Source: Gemmatimonadales bacterium
GTDB lineage: Bacteria; Gemmatimonadota; Gemmatimonadetes; Gemmatimonadales; GWC2-71-9
Reading direction: 5' to 3'
Assembly (NCBI GenBank): GCA_037189525.1
Contig: JBBCJC010000003.1
Span: 512,001-576,000 of the forward strand
DNA: 64,000 nucleotides
Shown: positions 37,536 to 45,944 of the stretch, piece by piece
Layout: the number at the start of each line of letters is the position of its first letter
How positions within the stretch are numbered: the stretch's first letter is position 1
Notes under the pieces: model-generated
Databases searched by the model: none
The model's input: the letters and a program-made list of their open reading frames with translations, nothing else
What the model was told of the DNA's origin: nothing
Program-made: the position numbers and the translations under genes

Positions 37536-39199
37536 TCACCGAGCTCCGCGTTCGCGATCTGGTCACCATCGCCGACGCCACTTTGCAGCTCGGGCCCGGT
37601 CTCAACGTCCTGACGGGCGAAACGGGGGCCGGCAAATCGATGCTGGTCGACGCCCTGGCCCTTCTCCTGGGCGGTCGCGCCGAGAGTGGAGCGGTCCGGC
37701 CGGGTGCCGCGAAAGCCATCGTCGAGGCGGTCTTTGAGCCGCTGCCCAAAGGGGTCGATCGGGTTCTCGAATCGCTCGGCCTGGACCCGGTCGACGATCG
37801 GCTCGTCATCCGGCGGGACGTCTCGACCGAAGGCCGGTCTCGCGCCTGGGTCAACGGCAGTCCGACCACCATCGCCGCGCTCGAGCAGATCGGTGGATGG
37901 CTGGTCGACCTCCACGGCCAGCACCAGAGCCAATCCCTTCGCCATCCCGATGCGCAGCGGCACCTGCTCGACGCCTATGCCGGCGCGCGGGCCGATGCGC
38001 TGGCGGTCGCGGCGGCGCACCGCGCGCTGGTCGAACTGGCTCGCGACGAGTCCGACCTGGTCGAACGGCGTGACGCCGCCCTCAAGCGGGCCGACTATCT
38101 CCGCCATGTCGTTGCCGAAATCGATGCCGCCAAGCTGACCGCGGGCGAGGAGGATCGGCTCGATCAGGACATCACCCGGCTGACCCATGCCGAGGAGATG
38201 CGCGAGCTGAGCGACCGGATCGGCGCGGCGGTCGACGATGATGACGATGGCGTCCTCAAGGCGCTCCACGACGCCGAACGCGCCCTGACTCGGCTCGAGC
38301 GACTCGACGGCGCGGTGGGCGAATGGCGGAGCTGTCTCGACGGCGCCTACGCATCGCTCGAAGAACTGGCCCGCCTGGCTCGCGACTACGCGCGCGGAAT
38401 CGAAGACGATCCGCGGCGGTTACGCGAGCTGGAGGCCCGCCGCGATGTGCTCGATCGGTTGGCGCGCAAGCACGGGGCAACGGTTGCTGCGATCCTGGAG
38501 ACCCGGGCCCAGGCCGCCGCCGAACTCGATCTGGTCGACCGGGCCGAGTTCGACCTCGCCGCGCTGGCCGCGCGCCGGCAGGCCGCGGAGGAGGCGCTCC
38601 AGAGCGCGGCACGCGGCCTGAGCGATCGTCGCCGGGTGGCGGGCGATCGGCTGGCCCGCGCGGTCAATCGCCAGCTTCCCAAGCTGGGACTGCCCGGTGG
38701 TCGCTTCGAAGTCGGCCTGATTCCGTTGGATCCGATCGGTCCGCACGGAGCGGATCAGGTCCAGTTCACCGCGCAACTCAATCTGGGGTTGGAAGCGCGC
38801 CCGGTGCATCGGGCGGCCTCCGGTGGGGAACTTTCCCGGCTCTTGCTGGCGCTGACCGTAGCGCTTGCCAGGCAGGACGGGGTGCCGACGCTGGTGTTCG
38901 ACGAAATCGATCAGGGCGTCGGCGGCGAGGTCGGTCCCCAGCTCGGTACGGCGCTGGCGGAGGTTGCGGCCCGGCACCAGGTGCTGGTGATCACTCACCT
39001 GCCTACCGTGGCGGCGCGGGCCGATCGTCACGTCGTGGTCAGCAAGCGGGCCAAGGGAGGCATTGCCACCAGTGATGTGGAGGTGCTCCACGGCGAAGAT
39101 CGCATCACCGAGATTGCCCGGATGCTGGGTGACGCCGACGGCGACTCGGCCCGGCGCCACGCCATGACACTGCTGGGGCAGGCCCCGGTCCGGCGCTAG
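37532..39199 (+). CDS. recN: DNA repair protein RecN
   Basis: LTGETGAGKS, DLHGQH, ASGGELSR, LVFDEID.G.GG, ITHLP.VAA, EIARML. Confidence 0.97.
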   Translation: MITELRVRDLVTIADATLQLGPGLNVLTGETGAGKSMLVDALALLLGGRAESGAVRPGAAKAIVEAVFEPLPKGVDRVLESLGLDPVDDRLVIRRDVSTEGRSRAWVNGSPTTIAALEQIGGWLVDLHGQHQSQSLRHPDAQRHLLDAYAGARADALAVAAAHRALVELARDESDLVERRDAALKRADYLRHVVAEIDAAKLTAGEEDRLDQDITRLTHAEEMRELSDRIGAAVDDDDDGVLKALHDAERALTRLERLDGAVGEWRSCLDGAYASLEELARLARDYARGIEDDPRRLRELEARRDVLDRLARKHGATVAAILETRAQAAAELDLVDRAEFDLAALAARRQAAEEALQSAARGLSDRRRVAGDRLARAVNRQLPKLGLPGGRFEVGLIPLDPIGPHGADQVQFTAQLNLGLEARPVHRAASGGELSRLLLALTVALARQDGVPTLVFDEIDQGVGGEVGPQLGTALAEVAARHQVLVITHLPTVAARADRHVVVSKRAKGGIATSDVEVLHGEDRITEIARMLGDADGDSARRHAMTLLGQAPVRR

Positions 39200-40809
39200 C
39201 GGGCCGGCGCGCCGTTCTGCTCGCCGAAGAGGCGGGTGTAGAATCGCAGGTCGATCCGGACCAGGTGCGCGTCCGGGAGAATGCCCGTTTGGCTCCGGAC
39301 GATGCGCTGATACCGGAAGCTGGCATCCATGGGGAGCTTCCGGCGACCGAGTTTGTCGACGCCGGAATGGGTGTAGGTCAATCCCGCATTGACGGTCATG
39401 AAGGTCGACTTGCTGCCATCCGCCAGCACCGCCAGGTCGACGCCCTCGACTTCAGGCTGGCCAGCGACGTAACTGTACTGATCGACGCCTCGAGACCAGT
39501 AGTCCACTCCCGCATAGAACATCAGATAGGGCGCCAGACGAAAAAACGGCTGCGCGGACAGGCGGACGACGTCGCCCGGGTCGCGACGGACGCCGGCCAG
39601 CGACGTGGCCGGCGCGATTGGCTGCTCTCGCGGAGTGACGCGCCGGTTCTGGTTGCCGGGCAACTGGAGGTTGTAGCCACCGGTGAGCCGCGCACCAAGC
39701 CGGCCCAGGCTCAGATCCGTCACCAGGGAAATCTCGACGTCGGGCTGGCGATCTCCCGTGCCGACATCGAAGAGCCGGTCCGGCTGGTCGAGCTGCGCGG
39801 TGCGAAGTCGGACCGTGCCGTCCAATACCGTCCGGATGCCGCTGCCGAACGTCGAGGCCGGATAGCGGTCGATCAATCCGATCGAGGCGCCGACCTCGAC
39901 ATCACCGAGATAGGAGTAGACCGGGGTATCGATCCGACCGGTGCGAATCGATCCATCCGGGTTGGTCAGGTATTCCTCGAAGCCTGCGTAGCCGAGTCGT
40001 GAGCCGGGAAGGGCAGGCTGGCCGGTGGCGCCGGTGACTCCCACGGCCGCCAGGTCGCTCCGCAGGGTTGCCACGAGCTGGAGTAATGCCACGCCGGCCG
40101 CCGACGTCCGGGTCGGGGCAAAATCCGCCGTGGGACTTTGCAGCAACGCGGTCAGGTCGGCCTGCTTGGCCTGGACCCTGGCGGCCGTCTCGATGGCGCG
40201 CTGCTTGAGCGCGGGGTCGCTGTCGTAGTCGCCCGCGGCAATCCGGCCGTTGAGGACGGCCAGCGCGGAGTTCAACTCGATGAAGAACGATTGGGTTGCG
40301 GCGCGTCCGGCGGCGTCGCCGTAGACCGGGCTGGCCGGGTTGAACGCGGCGTTGGCGCCGGAGGAATCTATCACGACGCGAGGCTCCGCATCGACGGCGA
40401 CGATCGGCACCCAGCCGCGAACCGTCAGCCAGCGCGTCAGGCCCAGCGCGCCGCCGATCCCGAAGGTGTTGCGCCCCACGATCTGAGAGGCAACTGCCCG
40501 CCCGACCGACAGGTTGAGCGCCTCGATGCCGGTGGCTCGGCGCAGCGCGTCTTCACTCGCGCCGAGTGTCGGCAGGAACCGCCGATCGAGGGGCGCATTG
40601 AAATCGGCAACCGCTTCTTCGCGCCCGCCGTTGTTCCAGCGCCAGTCCCAATTCTCGAACTCTGCCGAGAGAGTCCATTGGATTCGACCCTTGGGTACCA
40701 AGAGCGGCAACCCCGGCGCCGAGAGCGGTGCCGGTACCTGGGCCACTGCCAAGGAGGGGATGAGGTGGCTGAGGACGAGGCCGACGGTCAGCAGCGAGGC
40801 GCGGAGCAT
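39196..40809 (-). CDS. Exported hypothetical protein, probable outer-membrane beta-barrel
   Basis: Signal peptide (MLRASLL...AVA/Q), alternating aromatic beta-strand patterns, C-terminal LVRIDLRFYTRLF. The ORF-track extension to 41379 crosses the tRNA and is rejected. Alternative ATG at 40818. Confidence 0.75.
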   Translation of the reverse strand: MLRASLLTVGLVLSHLIPSLAVAQVPAPLSAPGLPLLVPKGRIQWTLSAEFENWDWRWNNGGREEAVADFNAPLDRRFLPTLGASEDALRRATGIEALNLSVGRAVASQIVGRNTFGIGGALGLTRWLTVRGWVPIVAVDAEPRVVIDSSGANAAFNPASPVYGDAAGRAATQSFFIELNSALAVLNGRIAAGDYDSDPALKQRAIETAARVQAKQADLTALLQSPTADFAPTRTSAAGVALLQLVATLRSDLAAVGVTGATGQPALPGSRLGYAGFEEYLTNPDGSIRTGRIDTPVYSYLGDVEVGASIGLIDRYPASTFGSGIRTVLDGTVRLRTAQLDQPDRLFDVGTGDRQPDVEISLVTDLSLGRLGARLTGGYNLQLPGNQNRRVTPREQPIAPATSLAGVRRDPGDVVRLSAQPFFRLAPYLMFYAGVDYWSRGVDQYSYVAGQPEVEGVDLAVLADGSKSTFMTVNAGLTYTHSGVDKLGRRKLPMDASFRYQRIVRSQTGILPDAHLVRIDLRFYTRLFGEQNGAPAR

Positions 40810-40893
40810 AGCGGGCATTGAGGGGGAAAATGCCCGGCTCGGGCGTCGGATGCCAGGGGATCGTGCGCCTGCGTGAGGCGCGATGACCGAGAG

Positions 40894-40977
40894 TGCTCGG
40901 GGCGGGACTCGAACCCGCATGGGGTTGCCCCCGAGGGATTTTAAGTCCCTTGTGTCTACCGGTTTCACCACCCGAGC
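40894..40977 (-). tRNA. tRNA-Leu(TAA)
   Basis: Reverse complement gives acceptor stem GCTCGGG/CCCGAGC plus A, anticodon arm AGGGA-CTTAAAA-TCCCT, a long variable arm, and T arm GCGGG-TTCGAGT-CCCGC. CCA is not encoded. Confidence 0.97.
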
Positions 40978-41261
40978 GGGAGTCGTGACACGTGGTGAAG
41001 ATAGTCGCCGCTCGGACCCGTGGCGAATCCGGTGCAACGAAGGCGGCGTGGTCCCTGTCCAATGCGCAGCGCCACCTGCGAAGACTGCGGATTCCCCGGC
41101 CCGATTGCTAAGGAGGGCCGCCGGAGCGTGCCGATGGCCCGAAGTGTGCTTGGTACCCTGATGTATGCCCGGGAAGCTGCCGGTGTCAGGCGCAGTTGCG
41201 ACGCGATAGGCGGGTAGTTTGGGCCGCCGCCGAAATCCGTTTCGGTTTTTCGCTACCGCTC

Positions 41262-41289
41262 TTGACAATATTTGTATACATTGTATGTG
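41262..41289 (+). promoter_or_regulatory. Candidate sigma70 promoter containing a TGTATACA palindrome
   Basis: Perfect TTGACA (41262-41267), very AT-rich spacer with TGTATACA (41273-41280), weak -10 candidate TATGTG (41284-41289). Confidence 0.5.
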
Positions 41290-41445
41290 CAGGGTTTGGC
41301 CAGAGGTTCGTGTTAACTGGGCAGGTAGGTCAGGTGAGGCCGTCTCGTGACTACGCGGGGGCCTTGCCCGGGGCATCATGCCAGGTCCGGCATGTGCGCA
41401 CCGGGTCGTACGGGGACCGTTCTCCTTCGGAGGCTCGAAACTGGT

Positions 41446-41664
41446 ATGGCAAAGGCTGCAAAGAAGAACCCGAAGTTCGTCGCACTGGGTCGTAAGGGTG
41501 GTAAGGCCACGGCCAAGACGCGTAAAAAGTCAGAATGGGCGCGCCTGGGCCGGCTCGGTGGTTTGGCCACGGCAAAGACCCGCACCAAGGCGCAGCGGTC
41601 CGCGTCGGCTCGGAAGGCCGCGTTGGCCCGGCACGCCAAGGCACGCGCCAAGAAGCGGTCGTAA
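41446..41664 (+). CDS. 72-aa highly basic protein with KGG-like 20-residue repeats
   Basis: ATG after GGAGG. 15 Lys + 10 Arg versus 1 Glu. LGRKGGKATAKTR / LGRLGGLATAKTR repeat. Confidence 0.8.
   Translation: MAKAAKKNPKFVALGRKGGKATAKTRKKSEWARLGRLGGLATAKTRTKAQRSASARKAALARHAKARAKKRS
41485..41583 (+). repeat. Imperfect intragenic direct repeat, 60-bp period
   Basis: ctgggt..ggtggt...gccacggccaagacgcg versus ctgggc..ggtggt...gccacggcaaagacccg, exactly 60 bp apart. Confidence 0.8.
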
Positions 41665-41686
41665 GGTAGAGAGCGCCGAAGGTAAC

Positions 41687-41771
41687 TTTCGCCCCTTGGC
41701 ATCACGTTCCAAGGGGCGGAAGGCGCTACTTGTCCGAGTCGTCTTCGGACGAGTTGACGTAGTCTTTTTTC
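41687..41771. terminator. Hairpins between convergent genes (probable terminator region)
   Basis: TTTCGCCCCTTGG/CCAAGGGGCGGAA stem (41687-41721), a second stem TCCGA/TCGGA, and a T7 run at 41765-41771. Confidence 0.55.
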
Positions 41772-41832
41772 CCGATTGTTCCCGCCGAAATTTCAGTTGA
41801 ACCAGGGGAGTGCCCGGTTGCGTGGGGAGATG

Positions 41833-43944
41833 CTACGGCGTCCAGCCTGCGCGTAGTCCGGCGTACATTCTCCGACCGTAGATGCCGACCCAGTTGGTCG
41901 GGCGCTGGTCGAGCACGTTGTCGACGCCGAGCACGATGCCCAGTCGCTCGGTGAGATCGACACGTCCCTGTACGTCCCCCGATACGAACGTGCCCTGCTC
42001 AGCGCGCGCGCCATCGAGCTGGCGGAAGGGCGCCGTTCCGGTAATGGCCACCGTCGCCGCCAATCCCATCCGATTGTTCGGGGTGTTCCACGCTCCGCGC
42101 ACCCGGCCGCTGTGTCGGGCCCGGCGGGTCAGCGGTTCGCCGGTCGATCGATCTTCCGTGTCGAGGAAGTTGTAGCCGATGGTGAGGTCGGTGGTGCGCC
42201 GGGTCCAGCGCAGGCCGAGTTCCACGCCCTGGGTGATCGCCCGGGACACGTTGCGCGCCGAGTAGCGGATCAGTCCGCTCGGAGCATCGAACCCGAAGTC
42301 CGCGAGTTCGATCAGATCGCGCAGATTGTTGTGATAGGCCTCGGCGTCGAGGGAGACTCCGCCGCCCACTGCCCAGGTAACGCCCCCGGACACCTGCCAG
42401 GATCGCTCGGGTCTGAGGTCCGGGTTGCCGCTCAGGATGTATCCCGCCGTCGGATTCGGAAAATCCCAGAGCAGTTCCTTGAAGCTCGGACCGCGGTACC
42501 CTCGGCCCACGCCCCCGCGAATCCGGAGCCGATCCGATGCGGTCCATGCCGCGGCCAGGTTTGGCGTGACGGCTTCACCCCACCGTGAGTTCCAGCTGAG
42601 CCGCGCGGCGGGCGTGATGAGCAGGTCGCCCTTGGTGATCCCCATCTGGAGATAGCCCTCTGCCATGTCGTCGGAGACGATGCCGGCCACCTTGCCGGGC
42701 GATTCGATGGCCCGATGGCTCAGGTCCAGGCCGGCATCCCAGGTCTGCCCGCCAAGCAGGCCAGACCATCCCAGCGAGGCCTTGGCCATCCACTCAGACT
42801 GCGACGGCGTAGTGTCGATTGCCAGCGGGCGCGGCGCGCGGGCCTGGCGGAAGAGATGCTCGTACCGTTCGAGGTACAGACGGGAACGGGCGGTGCTCTG
42901 GCCCCGCTGCCAACGGAGCTCGGCCCATCCGGCTGCGCCGGTATTGTCGTTGAAGCCGTTGAAGCCGTCAGAGGAGACGCGCCAGCGCTGCCGCTCTCGC
43001 AGCACATTGACGTCGGTCCTGATGGCCAGGGTCGGGGTGGCGGCAATCCGCCCGGTCGCGCGCATATCCCACACCCGGCTCAGCGCCTCGTCGGACCACG
43101 AGGAGCTGGCGACTCGGGCCTGCTCACGCCAGGCGCCGGTGATTCGGAAGCTGACCGGCCCGCCGGCCTGAGCCGTAAGCTGTGCATCCCGTCGGCCCAT
43201 GCTGCCCACGTGGACGCGGCCGTCGAGCGCGAGCGGTCCGTCGGGATCACGCGTGATGATGTTGACGACCCCGCCCAGCGCGTCCGAGCCGTACAGGGAG
43301 GACATCGGTCCTTTGACCACTTCGATGTGGTCGGCCGCCACCGTCGAGATCCGGCTCAGGTCCCGGTTCTCGAGCATGGCTCCGACCGTCGGCTCGCCGT
43401 CGATCAGCACCAGTACGCGCGCGCCGTCGATGCCGCGGATCGCCAGGTTCGCACCGGTCGGGGCATTGGGGAGGATGGCCAGCCCCGGCACCGTCGCGAT
43501 GACCTGATCGAGGGATGCGGCGGCGGCGCCTTCGATCTCGGCAGCCGCAATGCGGGTGACCGCAATGGCCGACTCGCCGGCCCGTTGCGCCCGCCGGCTC
43601 GCGGTCACCACCAGGTCTGCCAGCATGGTAGGCGCGCCGGTCAGACCGATACGAAGCACGGTGTCGCCCGGGGTCACCACATGGAACCCGGCCCGATAGC
43701 CGCCGGCACGCACCACCAGGGTGTCTCCCGGCGCCGCCGCGATGGTGAACCGGCCGTCGCCGCCCGACTCGGTGCGATGGCTCCCGGGACGAATGGCGAC
43801 CCGGACGCCGGCCAGCGCGCTGCCGGACTCGGCGTCGACCACGATGCCGCGAACCTGGCGGAGCGGGGGCCCCTGTTGCGCCGCCACTCCGGCCGGGAGC
43901 AGCGCGATCAGAAGACCCAGACCGAGTCGATCGATGCGATTCAT
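41833..43944 (-). CDS. TonB-dependent receptor (HmuR/CirA-like) with an N-terminal carboxypeptidase-regulatory-like domain
   Basis: Signal peptide, VVTASR, plug IRG...VLVLIDG and IEVVKGPMSSLYGSDALGGVVNIIT, YRGP...NPDL, GVDNVLD...GR..YAGL. ATG 43944 overlaps the upstream stop. Confidence 0.93.
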   Translation of the reverse strand: MNRIDRLGLGLLIALLPAGVAAQQGPPLRQVRGIVVDAESGSALAGVRVAIRPGSHRTESGGDGRFTIAAAPGDTLVVRAGGYRAGFHVVTPGDTVLRIGLTGAPTMLADLVVTASRRAQRAGESAIAVTRIAAAEIEGAAAASLDQVIATVPGLAILPNAPTGANLAIRGIDGARVLVLIDGEPTVGAMLENRDLSRISTVAADHIEVVKGPMSSLYGSDALGGVVNIITRDPDGPLALDGRVHVGSMGRRDAQLTAQAGGPVSFRITGAWREQARVASSSWSDEALSRVWDMRATGRIAATPTLAIRTDVNVLRERQRWRVSSDGFNGFNDNTGAAGWAELRWQRGQSTARSRLYLERYEHLFRQARAPRPLAIDTTPSQSEWMAKASLGWSGLLGGQTWDAGLDLSHRAIESPGKVAGIVSDDMAEGYLQMGITKGDLLITPAARLSWNSRWGEAVTPNLAAAWTASDRLRIRGGVGRGYRGPSFKELLWDFPNPTAGYILSGNPDLRPERSWQVSGGVTWAVGGGVSLDAEAYHNNLRDLIELADFGFDAPSGLIRYSARNVSRAITQGVELGLRWTRRTTDLTIGYNFLDTEDRSTGEPLTRRARHSGRVRGAWNTPNNRMGLAATVAITGTAPFRQLDGARAEQGTFVSGDVQGRVDLTERLGIVLGVDNVLDQRPTNWVGIYGRRMYAGLRAGWTP

Positions 43945-45038
43945 TGAATCTGGGCGTACCGCAAGGTGATGTGACCGCTCGCGCCGGTGGCGCTGTAATA
44001 ATTGATCAGTTGGATCTTGTAGACGTCGTTGCCGGCCTTCACCAGGTAGACGTTGAAGGTCGGAGAGAGCCGGTTGTCGCCCGTGAGATTGTAGAGGAAG
44101 GGGCCTTTCTTGTCGGCCAGTGTCGCGCTGAACGGCACGACGCCGCTCCGCCCGGCCAGAAAGGCGCCGTACTCGGCGGCGTCCGCCGCGGTGGTCATGC
44201 CATCGAACGACTGAGACCCGTCGACCGGAAACGTGCCGGCTCCGCAGGCAACGTTGGGCACGATTGCGAAGCTTTCGGTATCGAACCGGATGTCCCAGCC
44301 GCAGCCCGTGGCCGCGCCGGTAGCGCCCGTGCCGAAATCGAGGGCGACGCTGCCGGCTTCGACCTGGAGGACCGCCGTTTGCTTCGCACCCAGCGTCCCG
44401 TTGGGCGCCTGCGTGCGCCATTCGACCGTGGCGGACGTCAGGGTGGCATTCTGCTGACTGCTGCCGCCGCTCGTGCTCTGAATCACCCGGAAGACGGCGT
44501 GGCCGCCGTTGCTGCTTCGCTTGAGCTTCCACGACATGGTGGCGTTCGCAACCGGGCCCTGCGGACCGAAGCTGAGCCAGGCGAGCGGATTGGCCTCGAT
44601 CCGTTCCGACACGAACGACGCGGCCGGCGGAATGTTGCTCGTTCCGATCGCGTCGAAGGCAGCCTTCTGGTTTTCGGCGGTAAAGCCGAGGATCTGCTCG
44701 TTGGTGGCGTTCTCGTTGTTGGCGAGATTGAAACCGGTGAGTCCCTTCGGCCCCGAAATGCCGCCGTTGAGGCGTACTTCGTAGCGCCGTACGGCCAGAT
44801 CCCAGGCCGACGAGGTGCTCGGATTGGTCACCTGGACCGTCTGTCCCGACGCGAGATCGAAGTACACGAAGTTGGCGTTGGATGACGCATCGAGGGTCAC
44901 CGTTCCGGAGGGCAACTGGGGGTCGTCGGGACCGGTCGTATCGCTTTCACACCCGGTGAGTACCGCGCCGGCGACCGCGAGTGCGGCCACGCCGCGAATG
45001 CGGGAAGCCAGGCACGGAAGGAACGATGAGATTTGCAT
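43941..45038 (-). CDS. HmuY-family lipoprotein (two HmuY-like repeats)
   Basis: Lipobox LTGC, VYFDL..G, WDLAVRR...LNGG.SG, a second WDIRF, and VYLVK...YKIQLINYY...SG.ITLRY. Confidence 0.8.
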   Translation of the reverse strand: MQISSFLPCLASRIRGVAALAVAGAVLTGCESDTTGPDDPQLPSGTVTLDASSNANFVYFDLASGQTVQVTNPSTSSAWDLAVRRYEVRLNGGISGPKGLTGFNLANNENATNEQILGFTAENQKAAFDAIGTSNIPPAASFVSERIEANPLAWLSFGPQGPVANATMSWKLKRSSNGGHAVFRVIQSTSGGSSQQNATLTSATVEWRTQAPNGTLGAKQTAVLQVEAGSVALDFGTGATGAATGCGWDIRFDTESFAIVPNVACGAGTFPVDGSQSFDGMTTAADAAEYGAFLAGRSGVVPFSATLADKKGPFLYNLTGDNRLSPTFNVYLVKAGNDVYKIQLINYYSATGASGHITLRYAQIQ

Positions 45039-45176
45039 CGAAAACACCGTTGGAAAAGGTCAGGCGGACCGCAGCCGGTCCGAAACCGGGAACCTATCGG
45101 GGACACCCCGCGAAAAGGTACCGAACTACTACGGTACCGGGGTTGCTTCTGACGGCGGTCCGAATCACGTTCCCGG

Positions 45177-45926
45177 ATGACCAATACCGAAAATCCGGCG
45201 GCGCAGCGATCGGCCGACGAACAACGCTTTCTTGCCGCTCCCGGCTCGCGACTCGCCGAGTTCTTCCGTGTCCTCAGGATCGCGGCGGAGTTCGTCCGCG
45301 GCTTTCGCGCCCTGCATTTCGTCGGGCCGTGTGTCACCGTCTTCGGATCGGCCCGGTTTCCCGAGGACCATCCCTACTATGAACTGAGCCGGAAAGTCGG
45401 CGAGCGGATTGCCGGCCTGGGCCTCACGACCATGACGGGCGGCGGCCCCGGGGTGATGGAAGCGGCCAATCGGGGCGCGCGGGAAGCGGGCGGCCGATCG
45501 ATCGGCTGCAACATCTGGCTGCCCAAGGAGCAGCACCACAATCCGTACGTCGACCGGGTCGTCACCTTCCGGTATTTCTTCGTTCGCAAGGTGATGCTGG
45601 TCAAGTACAGCTACGCCTTCGTGGTGCTGCCGGGCGGCTTCGGCACGCTCGACGAACTGTTCGAAGCGCTGACCCTGGTGCAGACCCAGAAGATCACCGC
45701 CTTTCCGATCGTGCTGATGGGGGTGGACTACTGGACCAAAATGTTCGATTTCATGCGCGAGACGCTCGTTGCGCAGGGCACCATCGACGAGTCCGATCTC
45801 CGTCTCTTTCGGCTCACCGACTCGCTCGATGACATGGTCGAAGAACTGGAGCGATCGATGGCCGTCAACGCTCCGGGGTGGTCGCAGTCGCCTCGGCCGA
45901 AGCCGATTCTGGGCGAACGTACCTGA
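45177..45926 (+). CDS. LOG/PpnN-family nucleotide phosphoribohydrolase (TIGR00730 Rossmann fold)
   Basis: TVFGSAR, TGGGPGVMEAAN, YFFVRKVML, PGGFGTLDE. Confidence 0.92.
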   Translation: MTNTENPAAQRSADEQRFLAAPGSRLAEFFRVLRIAAEFVRGFRALHFVGPCVTVFGSARFPEDHPYYELSRKVGERIAGLGLTTMTGGGPGVMEAANRGAREAGGRSIGCNIWLPKEQHHNPYVDRVVTFRYFFVRKVMLVKYSYAFVVLPGGFGTLDELFEALTLVQTQKITAFPIVLMGVDYWTKMFDFMRETLVAQGTIDESDLRLFRLTDSLDDMVEELERSMAVNAPGWSQSPRPKPILGERT

Positions 45927-45944
45927 TTGGGAGCCGGACCTGCC

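Noticed and set aside
41020..41217. 65-aa ORF containing CEDC
   Set aside because: A single CxxC, no SD and atypical codon use. It lies in the gap between divergent promoters.
40810..41379. N-terminal extension of the 727-aa ORF
   Set aside because: It runs through the tRNA gene, and the signal peptide begins at 40809/40818.
41668..41690. Glycine riboswitch fragment (GAGAG CGCCGAAG)
   Set aside because: It lacks the CTCTCAGG element and sits at a gene 3' end between convergent genes.
43945..44532. N-terminal extension of the 899-aa TonB receptor ORF (apparent fusion or frameshift)
   Set aside because: It is an alternate frame of the HmuY-like gene. The receptor has its own signal peptide at 43944.
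45039..45176. Cobalamin riboswitch or Fur box upstream of the uptake operon
   Set aside because: GGGAA is present on the - strand, but the GCCACTG and B12-box elements are missing. The GATGAGATTTGCATC dyad near the start codon is a poor Fur match.
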